Counted from the stretch's first letter, positions 34,321-45,210 are shown. The stretch: 64,000 bases of DNA from Vicinamibacterales bacterium (GCA_035250005.1 DATFFM010000073.1:3215-67214); one strand, 5' to 3'. The notes: generated by a model from the sequence alone, not told the origin. Numbers and translations are program-made.

Positions 34321-35488
34321 GATGCCCGGTAGCATACACTCCCAGACCGTGCGTGTCCGCTTCGGTCTCCTGCCGCTCATCGCCACGGCGGCGCTGGCGT
34401 CAGGGTGCGCGCCGGCTCGTGTCGGCGAGCTGCCGGCGGCACCCGACGTTTTCTCATTGGCTGGCGAGTTCGTGGTCCCGAAGGGATCGCGGCCGCTCCC
34501 GCGCGGTCCGTTCGGTGGCCTTTCCGGCCTCGCCCCGCTGCGCGACGGCCGCGAGCTGCTGGCGATCTGCGACGACCGCGAGAACCACCGCGTCTTTCGC
34601 CTGAGGCTCACGGGCGAGTCGCCCCGGTTCACAGTCGAGACGGTGGGCAGCATCCCGCTCGAACCGGCCCCCGGGCTGCCGGCGAAGCTCGATTCCGAGG
34701 GCATTACGCTGACCGAGAACGGGCACATGCTCGTCAGCTCTGAAGGGATCGGCAACGAGGAACCGCGGCTGCCGCCGGCAATCGTCGAGTATTCCCCCGA
34801 CGGACGCTACATCCGGCAGCTGCCGATCCCTGCCAGCTTTGCGCCCAACGCGAATGGACCGCTCACGACCGGTGTGCGGTCGAACGCGGGGCTCGAAAGC
34901 CTCACCGTGACGCCAGACTTCGAACGGCTGTTCACGGCGAGCGAGCTGCCACTGGCTCAGGATGGCGAGGCGGACGCGTTTGCTCCAGGCGGGCGCGCGC
35001 GTCTGATCGAGTACACCCGGCGCAACGGCACGTACCACCCGGCGCGCCAGTTCGTGTACGAGATCGAGGCTCTCGAGAAACCGCAGTACCCCACGCGTTT
35101 CGCGGTCAACGGGCTGGTCGAACTGCTGGCGCTGGATCGCACGGCGCTGCTCGCGCTCGAACGCGGATATGTCGAGTCGGCGGACGGGAAATCCTCGATG
35201 AACCGGATCCAGCTGTTCCGGATCGACATCAGCGGGGCGTCGGACGTGGCCGGCCGGCTCACGCTCCGCGGCGCGAACGACGTCGTTGCGGTCCGCAAGA
35301 CGCTGCTGACCGACGTGAATGCCCTCCCCGGCCTGTCCCCGGCCCTCCGAAACCTGGACAACTTCGAGGGCATGGCCTGGGGACCGGCCGGGCGGGACGG
35401 CCGGCGCCCGCTGGTGATGGTGAGCGATGACAATTTCAACGACCATCAAATGACCGCATTCCTCTTTTTCCGGCCGGGACAGCGCTGA
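34319..35488 (+). CDS. phytase-like esterase-family lipoprotein
   Basis: Lipobox LIATAALASGC. Motifs DSEGITLTENGHMLVSSEG, NAGLESLTV, NFEGMAWGP, VMVSDDNFN. The start is ambiguous: ATG 34319/34322 or GTG 34349. Confidence 0.65.
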   Translation: MMPGSIHSQTVRVRFGLLPLIATAALASGCAPARVGELPAAPDVFSLAGEFVVPKGSRPLPRGPFGGLSGLAPLRDGRELLAICDDRENHRVFRLRLTGESPRFTVETVGSIPLEPAPGLPAKLDSEGITLTENGHMLVSSEGIGNEEPRLPPAIVEYSPDGRYIRQLPIPASFAPNANGPLTTGVRSNAGLESLTVTPDFERLFTASELPLAQDGEADAFAPGGRARLIEYTRRNGTYHPARQFVYEIEALEKPQYPTRFAVNGLVELLALDRTALLALERGYVESADGKSSMNRIQLFRIDISGASDVAGRLTLRGANDVVAVRKTLLTDVNALPGLSPALRNLDNFEGMAWGPAGRDGRRPLVMVSDDNFNDHQMTAFLFFRPGQR

Positions 35489-35511
35489 AGCGGATTGGAT
35501 AGAATCAACGG

Positions 35512-36018
35512 ATGAATCCACGCGTTCTCGAAGCCATCAACCGGCAGATCAACTCCGAGCTCAGCGCCTCCTACGCCTACCTCGCCATGTCGGCGTACTG
35601 CGAGTGCCAGAAATTCACCGGCGCTGCCCGCTGGCTGCGGCTCCAGAGCCAGGAAGAGCACATGCACGCCATGAAGCTCTTCGACTTCGTTCTGGCACGC
35701 GATCGCAGCGTCGAGCTGCTCGCGATCGACCAGCCGAAGTCGGACTTCACGAGCGTCGCCGACGTTTTCGAACGCGCCCTGGCCCAGGAGCAGGAAGTCA
35801 GCCGTCAGATCGACGCGCTCTACGAGACCGCGTTCACCGAGAAGGCGTTCTCCGCGGTCGCCGAGCTGCAGTGGTTTTTGACCGAGCAGGTGGAAGAGGA
35901 GAAGACGGCGCGCGAGATCGTGGCCAAGTTCAAGATGGTCGGCAGCGACCCCGCGTCACTGCTCGATCTCGACCGCGAGCTCGGCACCCGCTCGATGGCC
36001 GAAAAACCGACCTCATGA
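35512..36018 (+). CDS. ftn: ferritin (non-haem, Ftn type)
   Basis: 168 aa. LNRQINSELSASYAYLAMSAY...QEEHMHAMKLFDF...ALAQEQEVSRQI ferroxidase-centre residues. Confidence 0.9.
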   Translation: MNPRVLEAINRQINSELSASYAYLAMSAYCECQKFTGAARWLRLQSQEEHMHAMKLFDFVLARDRSVELLAIDQPKSDFTSVADVFERALAQEQEVSRQIDALYETAFTEKAFSAVAELQWFLTEQVEEEKTAREIVAKFKMVGSDPASLLDLDRELGTRSMAEKPTS

Positions 36019-36058
36019 TGAAACGCCGGCCTGCAAGGCCCGCGCGAAAGGCTGGACT

Positions 36059-37756
<1,698 letters not shown>

Positions 37757-37757
37757 G

Positions 37758-39782
37758 TCACGACTTCTCCCTGGGTTCCTCCAGGTACGTGTACCCGTGC
37801 AGCCCCTCTTCGTAGAACTCGAGGAGGCGGCCTGATTCCTCATAGGTGATCCGGCCTTCGCGGACGGCGTGCTCGACGTCGTGGCGCAGCTTGCGGACCA
37901 GCATCTCGGAGTCGAACTCCACGTAGTCCAGCACCTCCTTGACCGTGTCCCCCTTGATGACATGGTCGAGGACGACGTTGCCGCGCTCGTCGAGGCTGAC
38001 GTGCACGGCGTGCGTATCGCCGAACAGGTTGTGCAGGTCGCCGAGGATCTCCTGGTAGGCGCCGACGAGAAAGACGCCGAGGTAGTACGGATCGCCGTTC
38101 ACAGTGTGCAGCGGCAGCGTGCGCTTGACGTCGCGGCGGTCGATGAACTGGTCGATCTTGCCGTCCGAGTCGCAGGTGATGTCGCCGAGCACGGCGTGGT
38201 GCGTCGGCACCGTGTTGAGGCGGTGGATCGGCATCACCGGAAAGAGCTGCTTGATCGCCCAGCTGTCCGGGCACGACTGGAAGAGCGAGAAGTTGCAGAA
38301 GTACGTATCCGCCATCGCATCGTCGAGCCCCTGCAGATCTTCGGGGATGTCGTCCATCGTGGCGACGATCTTCTTCAACTTGACCAGGATGGCCCAGTAC
38401 AGGTTCTCGGCCTGACAGCGTTGCTCGAGCGGCAGGTAGCCGCCGCTGAACAGATTCAGCGCCATGTCGAGCGCCTGCTGGGCGTCGTGATAGCTCTCGA
38501 GCGCGTTCCGCGGGCTCAGGTTCTGGTAGGTTTCGAGCAGATCGATGACCGGCTGCTCCGCCTCCTCCGGCTTGATCGAGTCGGGGATCTTCTCCTCGCC
38601 GAACGCCGAGACGCCGAGCACGTTGAAGATGAGCACGCTGTGATACGCGACGATCGCGCGGCCGCTCTCCGACACGATGGTCGGGTGCTTCACGCCTTCG
38701 TCGTTGCACACCGTCTGGATGTGGTAGACGACGTCGTTGGCGTACTCCTCGATCGTGTAGTTGACGCTCGACTCGAAGTTCGTCTGGGACCCGTCGTAGT
38801 CGACGCCAAGCCCGCCGCCCACGTCGAGGTACTCGAGACCGGCGCCCGCCTGTACGAGCTCCGTGTAGACGCGGGCCGCCTCGTTGAGCGCCCCCTTGAC
38901 GATCCGGATGTTCGGGATCTGGCTGCCGAGGTGGAAGTGCAGCAGCTTGAAGCAGTCCTCCATGCCTCGCGACTTCAGCTCCTCGAGCCCGCGGAGGACT
39001 TCGGCGACGGTCAGGCCGAACTTCGAACGGTAGCCTCCTGACCCCTGCCACCGGCCCCCGCCGCGGGCGGCCAGCTTGACCCGCATGCCGATCTGCGGCC
39101 GGACCCCGACCCGCCCGGCGTATTTCAGGATCAGCCCCAGCTCGGTGTACTTCTCCACCACCGGGATCACCGTCCGACCGATCTTCTGGGCCAGCATCGC
39201 CATCTCGATGAACTCGGCATCCTTGAAACCGTTGCAGATGATCGGGGTGTCGTTATACGCCTGGGCGGCGACCGCGAGCAGCTCGGGCTTCGAACCCGCC
39301 TCCAGGCCGAACCCGTACTCACGGCCGAAATCGAGCACTTCCTCGACCACCTGGCGCTGCTGGTTGACCTTGATCGGGTACACGCAGACGTACCGGCCTT
39401 CGTAGCCGTGCTGCGTGATCGCGGATTTGAACGCGTTGTGGATGTCGCCGACGCGATGCCGAAGGATGTCCTTGAACCGGATCAGCACCGGCAGGCCGAT
39501 CCCGCGCAGCAGCAGGTGGTCGGTCAGCTGCTTGAGGTCGATCGACTGGGCGGGGTCTTTCGTGGGATGAACCACGACGTGACCGGACGGGGAGATGGAA
39601 AAATACCCCTTTCCCCACCGGTCGATCTCGTACAGCTCGCTGGCGTCGGTGACGGTAAACACCTCTCCTGCCTGCCAGTTGCGGTGCCCTCGGGTTGTCG
39701 GGGTGCTCACGGGAATCAATGATACACGCCAAGTCCAGAGTCGCAGCAGGCAACTCCGGTTGTTCGGTTTCGAAATCCACAT
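37758..39782 (-). CDS. speA: biosynthetic arginine decarboxylase
   Basis: ASELYEIDRWGKGYFSI N-terminus, PLP-Lys context VYPIKVNQQRQVVEEV, DVGGGLGVDYDGS, ITCDSDGKI. The true start is probably internal (GTG 39710 or 39662). The first ~25-40 residues of the ORF look non-native. Confidence 0.85.
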   Translation of the reverse strand: MWISKPNNRSCLLRLWTWRVSLIPVSTPTTRGHRNWQAGEVFTVTDASELYEIDRWGKGYFSISPSGHVVVHPTKDPAQSIDLKQLTDHLLLRGIGLPVLIRFKDILRHRVGDIHNAFKSAITQHGYEGRYVCVYPIKVNQQRQVVEEVLDFGREYGFGLEAGSKPELLAVAAQAYNDTPIICNGFKDAEFIEMAMLAQKIGRTVIPVVEKYTELGLILKYAGRVGVRPQIGMRVKLAARGGGRWQGSGGYRSKFGLTVAEVLRGLEELKSRGMEDCFKLLHFHLGSQIPNIRIVKGALNEAARVYTELVQAGAGLEYLDVGGGLGVDYDGSQTNFESSVNYTIEEYANDVVYHIQTVCNDEGVKHPTIVSESGRAIVAYHSVLIFNVLGVSAFGEEKIPDSIKPEEAEQPVIDLLETYQNLSPRNALESYHDAQQALDMALNLFSGGYLPLEQRCQAENLYWAILVKLKKIVATMDDIPEDLQGLDDAMADTYFCNFSLFQSCPDSWAIKQLFPVMPIHRLNTVPTHHAVLGDITCDSDGKIDQFIDRRDVKRTLPLHTVNGDPYYLGVFLVGAYQEILGDLHNLFGDTHAVHVSLDERGNVVLDHVIKGDTVKEVLDYVEFDSEMLVRKLRHDVEHAVREGRITYEESGRLLEFYEEGLHGYTYLEEPREKS

Positions 39783-40020
39783 GCCCGGATCCGGAACGGC
39801 ATCGGGCGCCGCCGCTCAGCACATCCTCGGGGGACGAGCGGCGGCGAACGCGTGACAGACACCGGTCTGCGATTGATGAAGGGTGAAATCGCGGGTTGCG
39901 TTCCCGCCGCTGAAGGTTGGCGGGGCGAATGCAATGGTCCAGGCGCACGAATCAAGGGCGACGAAATGTCCGTCCGTTACGTCTAACGGTTGCAAACAAC
40001 GCCCGGAGCGTGCGACATCC

Positions 40021-41247
40021 ATGAGACCACCCACCGAACAGCAGCTCGATCTGAGCGGAGCCGGCGTCGACCTGCCGCTCCGCGTCCGGCCGCGTTACGG
40101 CGTGCCCTGGTCGCTGGTTCTGCTCGTCGCCACCCTGCTCGGCTTCGTCTCGTCGATGCTGGCCTGGCAGCTGACCATGGCGTTCGAACGGACCGGAACC
40201 TACTTCCGGTGGCTCGTCGTCCTCAACTGCGCCTACTGGTACACGTGGGCCGCCTTCACGCCGACGATCGTCTGGCTGTCACAGCGCTTCCGCTTCGAGC
40301 GCACGGGGCTGCTGCGCGCGCTCGCGGTGCACCTGCCGGCCGTCCTGCTGTTCTCCCTGCTGCACATCGGCGCCATGCAGGCGGCGCAGTGGTGGCTGGT
40401 GACCTCCGACGGCGGCGAGTTCTCCTGGTGGCCGCAGGCCCAACGCGCCGCGCTGCTCAACCTCGACTGGGAAATGATGACCTACTGGGCGATCGTGGGC
40501 CTCAGTCACGCGCTGCTCTACTACCGCGAGTCGCGCGACCGGGAGCTGCGCGCCTCCCAGCTCGAAACGCGCCTGGTGGAATCGCAGCTCAAGACGCTGC
40601 AGCAGCAGCTGCATCCACACTTTCTCTTCAACACGCTCAACTCGATCTCGTGCCTGATGCACCGCGACGTGGCCGCCGCCGACCGCACGCTCGTGCGCCT
40701 GAGCGACCTCCTCCGGCTCACGCTCGAGCGCCTCGGGGAACAGGAAGTCACGCTCGAAGAGGAGCTCGACTTTCTCCGCAAGTACCTCGACATCGAACGC
40801 ACCCGGTTCGCGGACCGGCTGGTCGTCCGCTTCGACGTCTGCGCCGACACCCTGCCGGCGCTGGTGCCCACCCTCCTGCTCCAGCCGCTCGTGGAAAACG
40901 CCATCAAGCACGGAGTGGCGCGAAAGACCGGCGCCGGCCACATCGACGTGACCGCGCGGCGCGAGAACGACAAGCTCTGGATCGAGATCCGCGACGACGG
41001 CGTCGGGCTCTCCGAGGATGCGCTGACCGCCCTGCACAAGGGCATCGGCATCTCGACGACGCGCGCGCGGTTGCAGCACCAGTTCGGCGCCGACTACCGC
41101 TTCGAGTTCCACCGCCTGCCGCAGGGCGTTGCGGTCATCGTGGCGGTGCCCTGGCGCGTGAAGGCGCCGGCGCAGATTCGGGAAGCGGGAGAAACGTCGA
41201 CCATTCACGGGGCCCGGAGGATCCGGGAAGTCCGCGCCGCAGGATGA
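40021..41247 (+). CDS. LytS/YehU-type sensor histidine kinase
   Basis: About 5 N-terminal TM helices. His_kinase box LKTLQQQLHPHFLFNTLNSISCLM, N-box LLLQPLVENAIKHG, G-box IRDDGVGL. ATG 40021 chosen inside ORF 39883..41247. Confidence 0.85.
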   Translation: MRPPTEQQLDLSGAGVDLPLRVRPRYGVPWSLVLLVATLLGFVSSMLAWQLTMAFERTGTYFRWLVVLNCAYWYTWAAFTPTIVWLSQRFRFERTGLLRALAVHLPAVLLFSLLHIGAMQAAQWWLVTSDGGEFSWWPQAQRAALLNLDWEMMTYWAIVGLSHALLYYRESRDRELRASQLETRLVESQLKTLQQQLHPHFLFNTLNSISCLMHRDVAAADRTLVRLSDLLRLTLERLGEQEVTLEEELDFLRKYLDIERTRFADRLVVRFDVCADTLPALVPTLLLQPLVENAIKHGVARKTGAGHIDVTARRENDKLWIEIRDDGVGLSEDALTALHKGIGISTTRARLQHQFGADYRFEFHRLPQGVAVIVAVPWRVKAPAQIREAGETSTIHGARRIREVRAAG

Positions 41248-41268
41248 CGGCGCCGTGGGGTACATGAG

Positions 41269-42039
41269 ATGAAGAAGATTCGAACGCTCGTTGTCGATGA
41301 CGAACCACTGGCACGTGAACGGCTCGTGAACCTGCTGTCGGCGGAGCCCGACATCGAGGTGGTCGGGCAGTGCCGCGACGGGGAGGAAGCCGTCACCGCC
41401 ATCACCGACCACACGCCCGACCTGGTCTTTCTGGACGTGCAGATGCCGGCGATGAACGGCTTCGAGGTCATCGAGGCGGTCGGCACCGAGCGGATGCCGC
41501 TGGTGATCTTCGTCACCGCCTTCGACCAGCATGCCCTCAAGGCCTTCCAGGTGCGGGCGCTCGATTACGTCCTCAAGCCGTTCGACCGGGAGCGCTTCCA
41601 GGAGGCGCTGCAGCGCGCCCGCGCCCAGATCCAGCGTGACGAAACCGGCGACCTCGGCCGGCGCCTGCTGGCGCTCGTCAAGGACCTCCGGCGGGACCAG
41701 CCGAAGACCGATCGGCTCGTCGTCAAGTCGGGCGGGCGGCTCTTCTTCCTGCGCACCGACGAGATCGACTGGATCGAGGCCTCCGGCAACTATGTCCGGC
41801 TGCACGTCGGCACTACCACGCACCTGCTGCGCGAAACCATGAACGCGATCGAAGGCCGCCTCGATGCCGAGAAGTTCTTCCGCATTCATCGGTCGCGGAT
41901 CGTGAACATGGAGCGGATCCAGGAGATGCAGCCCTGGCTGAACGGCGAGTACGCCGTGCTGCTGCGAACCGGCACCCGCCTGACCCTCAGCCGCGGCTAC
42001 CGCGAAAAGCTGCAGGAACGGCTGGCGCGGTCCGTCTAG
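41269..42039 (+). CDS. LytTR-family response regulator
   Basis: Receiver (LVVDDEPLARE, DLVFLDVQMPAMNG, VIFVTA, KP) plus LytTR domain (LFFLRTDEIDWIEASGNYVRLH...FFRIHRSRIVNM). Confidence 0.9.
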   Translation: MKKIRTLVVDDEPLARERLVNLLSAEPDIEVVGQCRDGEEAVTAITDHTPDLVFLDVQMPAMNGFEVIEAVGTERMPLVIFVTAFDQHALKAFQVRALDYVLKPFDRERFQEALQRARAQIQRDETGDLGRRLLALVKDLRRDQPKTDRLVVKSGGRLFFLRTDEIDWIEASGNYVRLHVGTTTHLLRETMNAIEGRLDAEKFFRIHRSRIVNMERIQEMQPWLNGEYAVLLRTGTRLTLSRGYREKLQERLARSV

Positions 42040-42181
42040 GCGCGAACCATCGGCAATGACAGAAGTGTGATCGGGGGTTGAGAGTCGGCACCCGGTCACA
42101 CGGCGCCGTGCGGGAAACCTCAGCAAAAAGCGGAACAGACCCCGGCATTACAGTTGCGTAAGCGCGGCGCGGCATCCACAC

Positions 42182-42595
42182 ATGCAGCCGCAAATGACGT
42201 GGCGTCGATCCGTCGCCGTCACCGAAAAGCCCGCGCGCGAGGCCGCCAGGAGCCCCGTGATCCTGGTGGTCACGAGTGATGCCGGTCTGCGCGAGGCGTC
42301 CGCGCGCGCGATCGGCGGTCAGGGCTTCACCGTCGTCACCGCAGCGCATGCGGGGCACGCGGTGCTCGCCTGCCTGAAAGCCGGGCAGGTCGATCTGCTG
42401 ATCACGGAGCTGTCGATGGACGATGTGTCGGGGCCGGCGCTGGCAGCGCGGTTGCGGCGCCATTGCCCGAAGATGGAGACGGTTTACTTCGCCAATACCG
42501 GCACGCCCGAGTGCCGCGGGGTGCTGGTCCGCCCGTTCACCCGCGACGATCTTCTGTCGGCCCTCGCCGTGACGAGAGTCGCCGCGGCCGGTTAG
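42182..42595 (+). CDS. stand-alone receiver-like domain lacking canonical phospho-acceptor residues (pseudo-receiver)
   Basis: 137 aa aligning to CheY-like receivers: ILVVTSDAGL (DD replaced by TS), DLLITELSMDDVSG (acceptor Asp replaced by Glu), VLVRPFT (Lys replaced by Arg). Confidence 0.6.
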   Translation: MQPQMTWRRSVAVTEKPAREAARSPVILVVTSDAGLREASARAIGGQGFTVVTAAHAGHAVLACLKAGQVDLLITELSMDDVSGPALAARLRRHCPKMETVYFANTGTPECRGVLVRPFTRDDLLSALAVTRVAAAG

Positions 42596-43335
42596 CCCTG
42601 TTTCGGCATTCGGAAGATCGAGTCCTCCAGCGGGACGTTGAACTCGATCTTCTCGTATTTCAGTACGTTCACCTGGTTGCCGTTCACGAACTGCGTAATC
42701 GTGAGCGGGATCGTGCGCCCCTCGATCGTCTTGTAATCCGAGAACCGCAGCTCCATCTTCATCGGCCGGCCGGCGTCTTCGACGTCGACGATGACCATCC
42801 TTGCCTCGAGGTAGGTGGTCGGGTCGATATAGAAGTGCAGGGCCGGTCCGGCCTTCGGCGTGACCACCAGGTGGTGCAGCTTGCGGCCGTCTTCGGCGAG
42901 CGGCTCGCCGAGCGCGATCTTCGTTCCCTTCTCCTTGTAGTCCAGCAGCGGCGAATCGATCTGTGAGAGCTGCTTCAGCGTCTCGGTCTGCGGGCCGGGG
43001 GGCAGCGCCTGGGGCGGTGTGGTCCCGACCGCCATCCAGAGGGTTTCACCATCGAAGGCGCGGATCATTTTCTGGCCGGCCATGTCCATCTCGTTGCGGA
43101 ACGAATAGGGCCGCTTGGTCGAGGCGGTAAAGCTGATCTCCGCTCCCTGCATGGTGCCCTTGCCGCTGGCGCGCACGCTGGTGGTCGCCTTGAGGGTCGC
43201 GACGCCTCCTTTGGCCTCGATATTCTTCGCGACGATCTCGTCGGCCGTTTGCGCGTGAACGGCGGGGGCGGCCGCCAGCAGCGCGGCCGCAAGAATGGCG
43301 GCGCGAGGAAATGAGGGTCGCATCAAGGCCTCCAT
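42592..43335 (-). CDS. LolA-like outer-membrane lipoprotein-sorting family protein (secreted)
   Basis: Signal AILAAALLAAAPAVHAQ, then TADEIVAKNIEAKGG..., typical of this Acidobacteria/Bacteroidetes family. 247 aa. The 3' end overlaps the convergent pseudo-receiver by 4 nt. Confidence 0.55.
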   Translation of the reverse strand: MEALMRPSFPRAAILAAALLAAAPAVHAQTADEIVAKNIEAKGGVATLKATTSVRASGKGTMQGAEISFTASTKRPYSFRNEMDMAGQKMIRAFDGETLWMAVGTTPPQALPPGPQTETLKQLSQIDSPLLDYKEKGTKIALGEPLAEDGRKLHHLVVTPKAGPALHFYIDPTTYLEARMVIVDVEDAGRPMKMELRFSDYKTIEGRTIPLTITQFVNGNQVNVLKYEKIEFNVPLEDSIFRMPKQG

Positions 43336-43363
43336 GCTTCACGATTGTACAGTCGGTACACGG

Positions 43364-43392
43364 AAAAGCGCGGGGACTGGGCCCCGCGCTTT
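43364..43392 (-). terminator. rho-independent terminator after the glsB/yeaQ-like gene
   Basis: aaaaGCGCGGGGactgggCCCCGCGCttt: an 8-bp GC stem, and on the minus strand it is followed by TTTT. It lies 21 nt downstream of the stop at 43413. Confidence 0.6.
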
Positions 43393-43412
43393 CGCCCGTC
43401 GCTTCAGCTTCG

Positions 43413-43664
43413 CTAGACTCGTCGGCGCACCATCATTCGGTAAATCGCCAGCAGAATGATGGCGCCGAGGATCGAAATGATCCACCCCGCGCTCTCATTC
43501 TCCCCGTAGAAGCCCATCGTGCGACCGATGAAACCGCCGAGCAGGGCGCCCGCGATCCCGAGCAGAATCGTCACGATGAAACCGCCGGGGTCACGGCCGG
43601 GCATCAACAGTTTGGCGATGATGCCGATCACGAGACCGAACAGAATCCACGACAGAATCCCCAT
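43413..43664 (-). CDS. GlsB/YeaQ/YmgE-family stress-response membrane protein
   Basis: 83 aa: MGILSWILFGLVIGIIAKLLMPGRDPGGFIVTILLGIAGALLGGFIG. SD GGAGGG lies 6 nt before ATG 43664. The longer ORF 43413..43955 was rejected. Confidence 0.85.
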   Translation of the reverse strand: MGILSWILFGLVIGIIAKLLMPGRDPGGFIVTILLGIAGALLGGFIGRTMGFYGENESAGWIISILGAIILLAIYRMMVRRRV

Positions 43665-43752
43665 CTTCGTCCCTCCGGAAGTCCTCTGGATGCAAGGCGA
43701 CGACCAGCGGCCACGGATGAGGCGGCGCGCGGCGGGGTATAGTGCCGCAATC

Positions 43753-44664
43753 ATGCAGCTGCTGCTCTGGTTCGCTCTGGCGCTGGCCGCGGACGCGCAG
43801 GGCGGGGGGAAACCGTCACCCATGCAGACACAGGCCATCGAAGCGGCGATTCGCGGTTTTGACGGCGTGGTCGGCGTGGCGGCGAAGAACCTCGCAACCG
43901 GCGAAGAGCTTGTCGTAAATGGCGACATGCCGTTTCCCACGGCAAGCACGATCAAGACAGCGGTGATGCTGGAAGCCTGGCATCAGGCCGCCGACGGCGT
44001 CTTGTCGCTGGACACGGTCCTGACGCTGCGGGAGAGCGACAAAGTTGGCGGATCGGGAGTGTTGAACGGCCTCTCGGACGGTCTTGCGCTGAAGGTCCGC
44101 GATCTGGTGCACCTCATGATCGTGCTGAGCGACAACACCGCGACGAACATGCTGGTGAACCGGCTCGGAACGAAGAACATCGACGAGCGCCTGGTGGCGT
44201 ACGGGCTGACCCGGACGAAGATCTTCAGGCCGACGTTCCGTGACGGGAAACCCGACGTGTTCCCGGAGCTGGAACGCGAATTCGGCCTGGGGATGTCGAC
44301 CCCGCGGGAGATGGCCGCGCTGATGGCGCTGATCGCCGACGGCCGCGCCGTCAGCGCCGAGGCGTCGGCCGCGATGCTTGCGACGCTGCGGCGGCAGCAG
44401 GATCGCGCGATGATCCCGCGGCTCCTGCCCGGCTCTCTGCAGGTGGGGAACAAGACCGGCATCGACTCCGAAAAGCTCGCCGACGCTCGCGGCCGGCGGG
44501 GGGGCATCCGCGCCGATGCCGCGATCGTGGTCGGCGAAAAGGTTCGCTACGTCATCGCGATCTTCGTCCGGCGCGCGCGGGATACGCGAAGTGGCGTGGA
44601 CAACGAGGCCGTGCTGCTCGGGGCGAAGCTCTCACGGATGGTGTACGACCACTTTTCCAGATAA
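43753..44664 (+). CDS. class A beta-lactamase-fold serine hydrolase
   Basis: Signal MQLLLWFALALAADAQ. SxxK (ASTIKT), SDN (LSDNTATN) and KTG (NKTGID) motifs. An alternative start is ATG 43717. Confidence 0.8.
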   Translation: MQLLLWFALALAADAQGGGKPSPMQTQAIEAAIRGFDGVVGVAAKNLATGEELVVNGDMPFPTASTIKTAVMLEAWHQAADGVLSLDTVLTLRESDKVGGSGVLNGLSDGLALKVRDLVHLMIVLSDNTATNMLVNRLGTKNIDERLVAYGLTRTKIFRPTFRDGKPDVFPELEREFGLGMSTPREMAALMALIADGRAVSAEASAAMLATLRRQQDRAMIPRLLPGSLQVGNKTGIDSEKLADARGRRGGIRADAAIVVGEKVRYVIAIFVRRARDTRSGVDNEAVLLGAKLSRMVYDHFSR

Positions 44665-44672
44665 GCGCGTGT

Positions 44673-45173
44673 TCAGAAGAGCCGGCATCGTTCGTGGCGC
44701 AGCAGCCACTCTTTTCTCTGCAGCCCCCCGCCGTACCCCGTCAACGTGCCGTTCGAGCCGATGATCCGGTGGCAGGGCACGACGACGGCGACGGGGTTTG
44801 CGCCGTTGGCGGCGCCGACGGCCCGTACTGCGGCCGGTGCTCCGATCGTCGAGGCGATCTCCGAGTACGACGCCGTGCGCCCGGCGTGAACGTCACGCAG
44901 CGCCTGCCAGACGCGCTGCTGAAACGGCGTGCCGTTCAACTCGACCTCGACCGTCTCCAGCACATCGAACTGCCCCGAGAAATATTTCGCGAGCGCGGTG
45001 GCGGCCCCGGCCGGATCCCGGCGGCGCTCGATGGTCTCGCCCGGATACCAGCGCTGCAGCGTCGCGCGCGCGGGCGCTTCACGGGCGCCGAAATGAAGCA
45101 GACACAAACGGCCATCCTTCGCTGCCAGGGTCAGCGCGTCGATGGGCGTGTGGACGACGGCGATCTCGATCAA
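44673..45173 (-). CDS. ogt: methylated-DNA--protein-cysteine methyltransferase
   Basis: TPFQQRVWQALRDV...SYSEIA...AVGAANGANPVAVVVPCHRIIGSNG (PCHR active site). Confidence 0.9.
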   Translation of the reverse strand: MIEIAVVHTPIDALTLAAKDGRLCLLHFGAREAPARATLQRWYPGETIERRRDPAGAATALAKYFSGQFDVLETVEVELNGTPFQQRVWQALRDVHAGRTASYSEIASTIGAPAAVRAVGAANGANPVAVVVPCHRIIGSNGTLTGYGGGLQRKEWLLRHERCRLF

Positions 45174-45210
45174 TCGCGCTCATTATGCGCGAAATCGGAG
45201 GCGATTCGGA

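Noticed and set aside
35492-35520. Fur-box-like AT-rich inverted repeat (GGATTGGATAGAATC...AATCC) at the ferritin start.
   Set aside because: There are only 4-5-nt arms and a poor match to the 19-nt Fur consensus as I recall it. It is better explained as the -10 region of a leaderless promoter.
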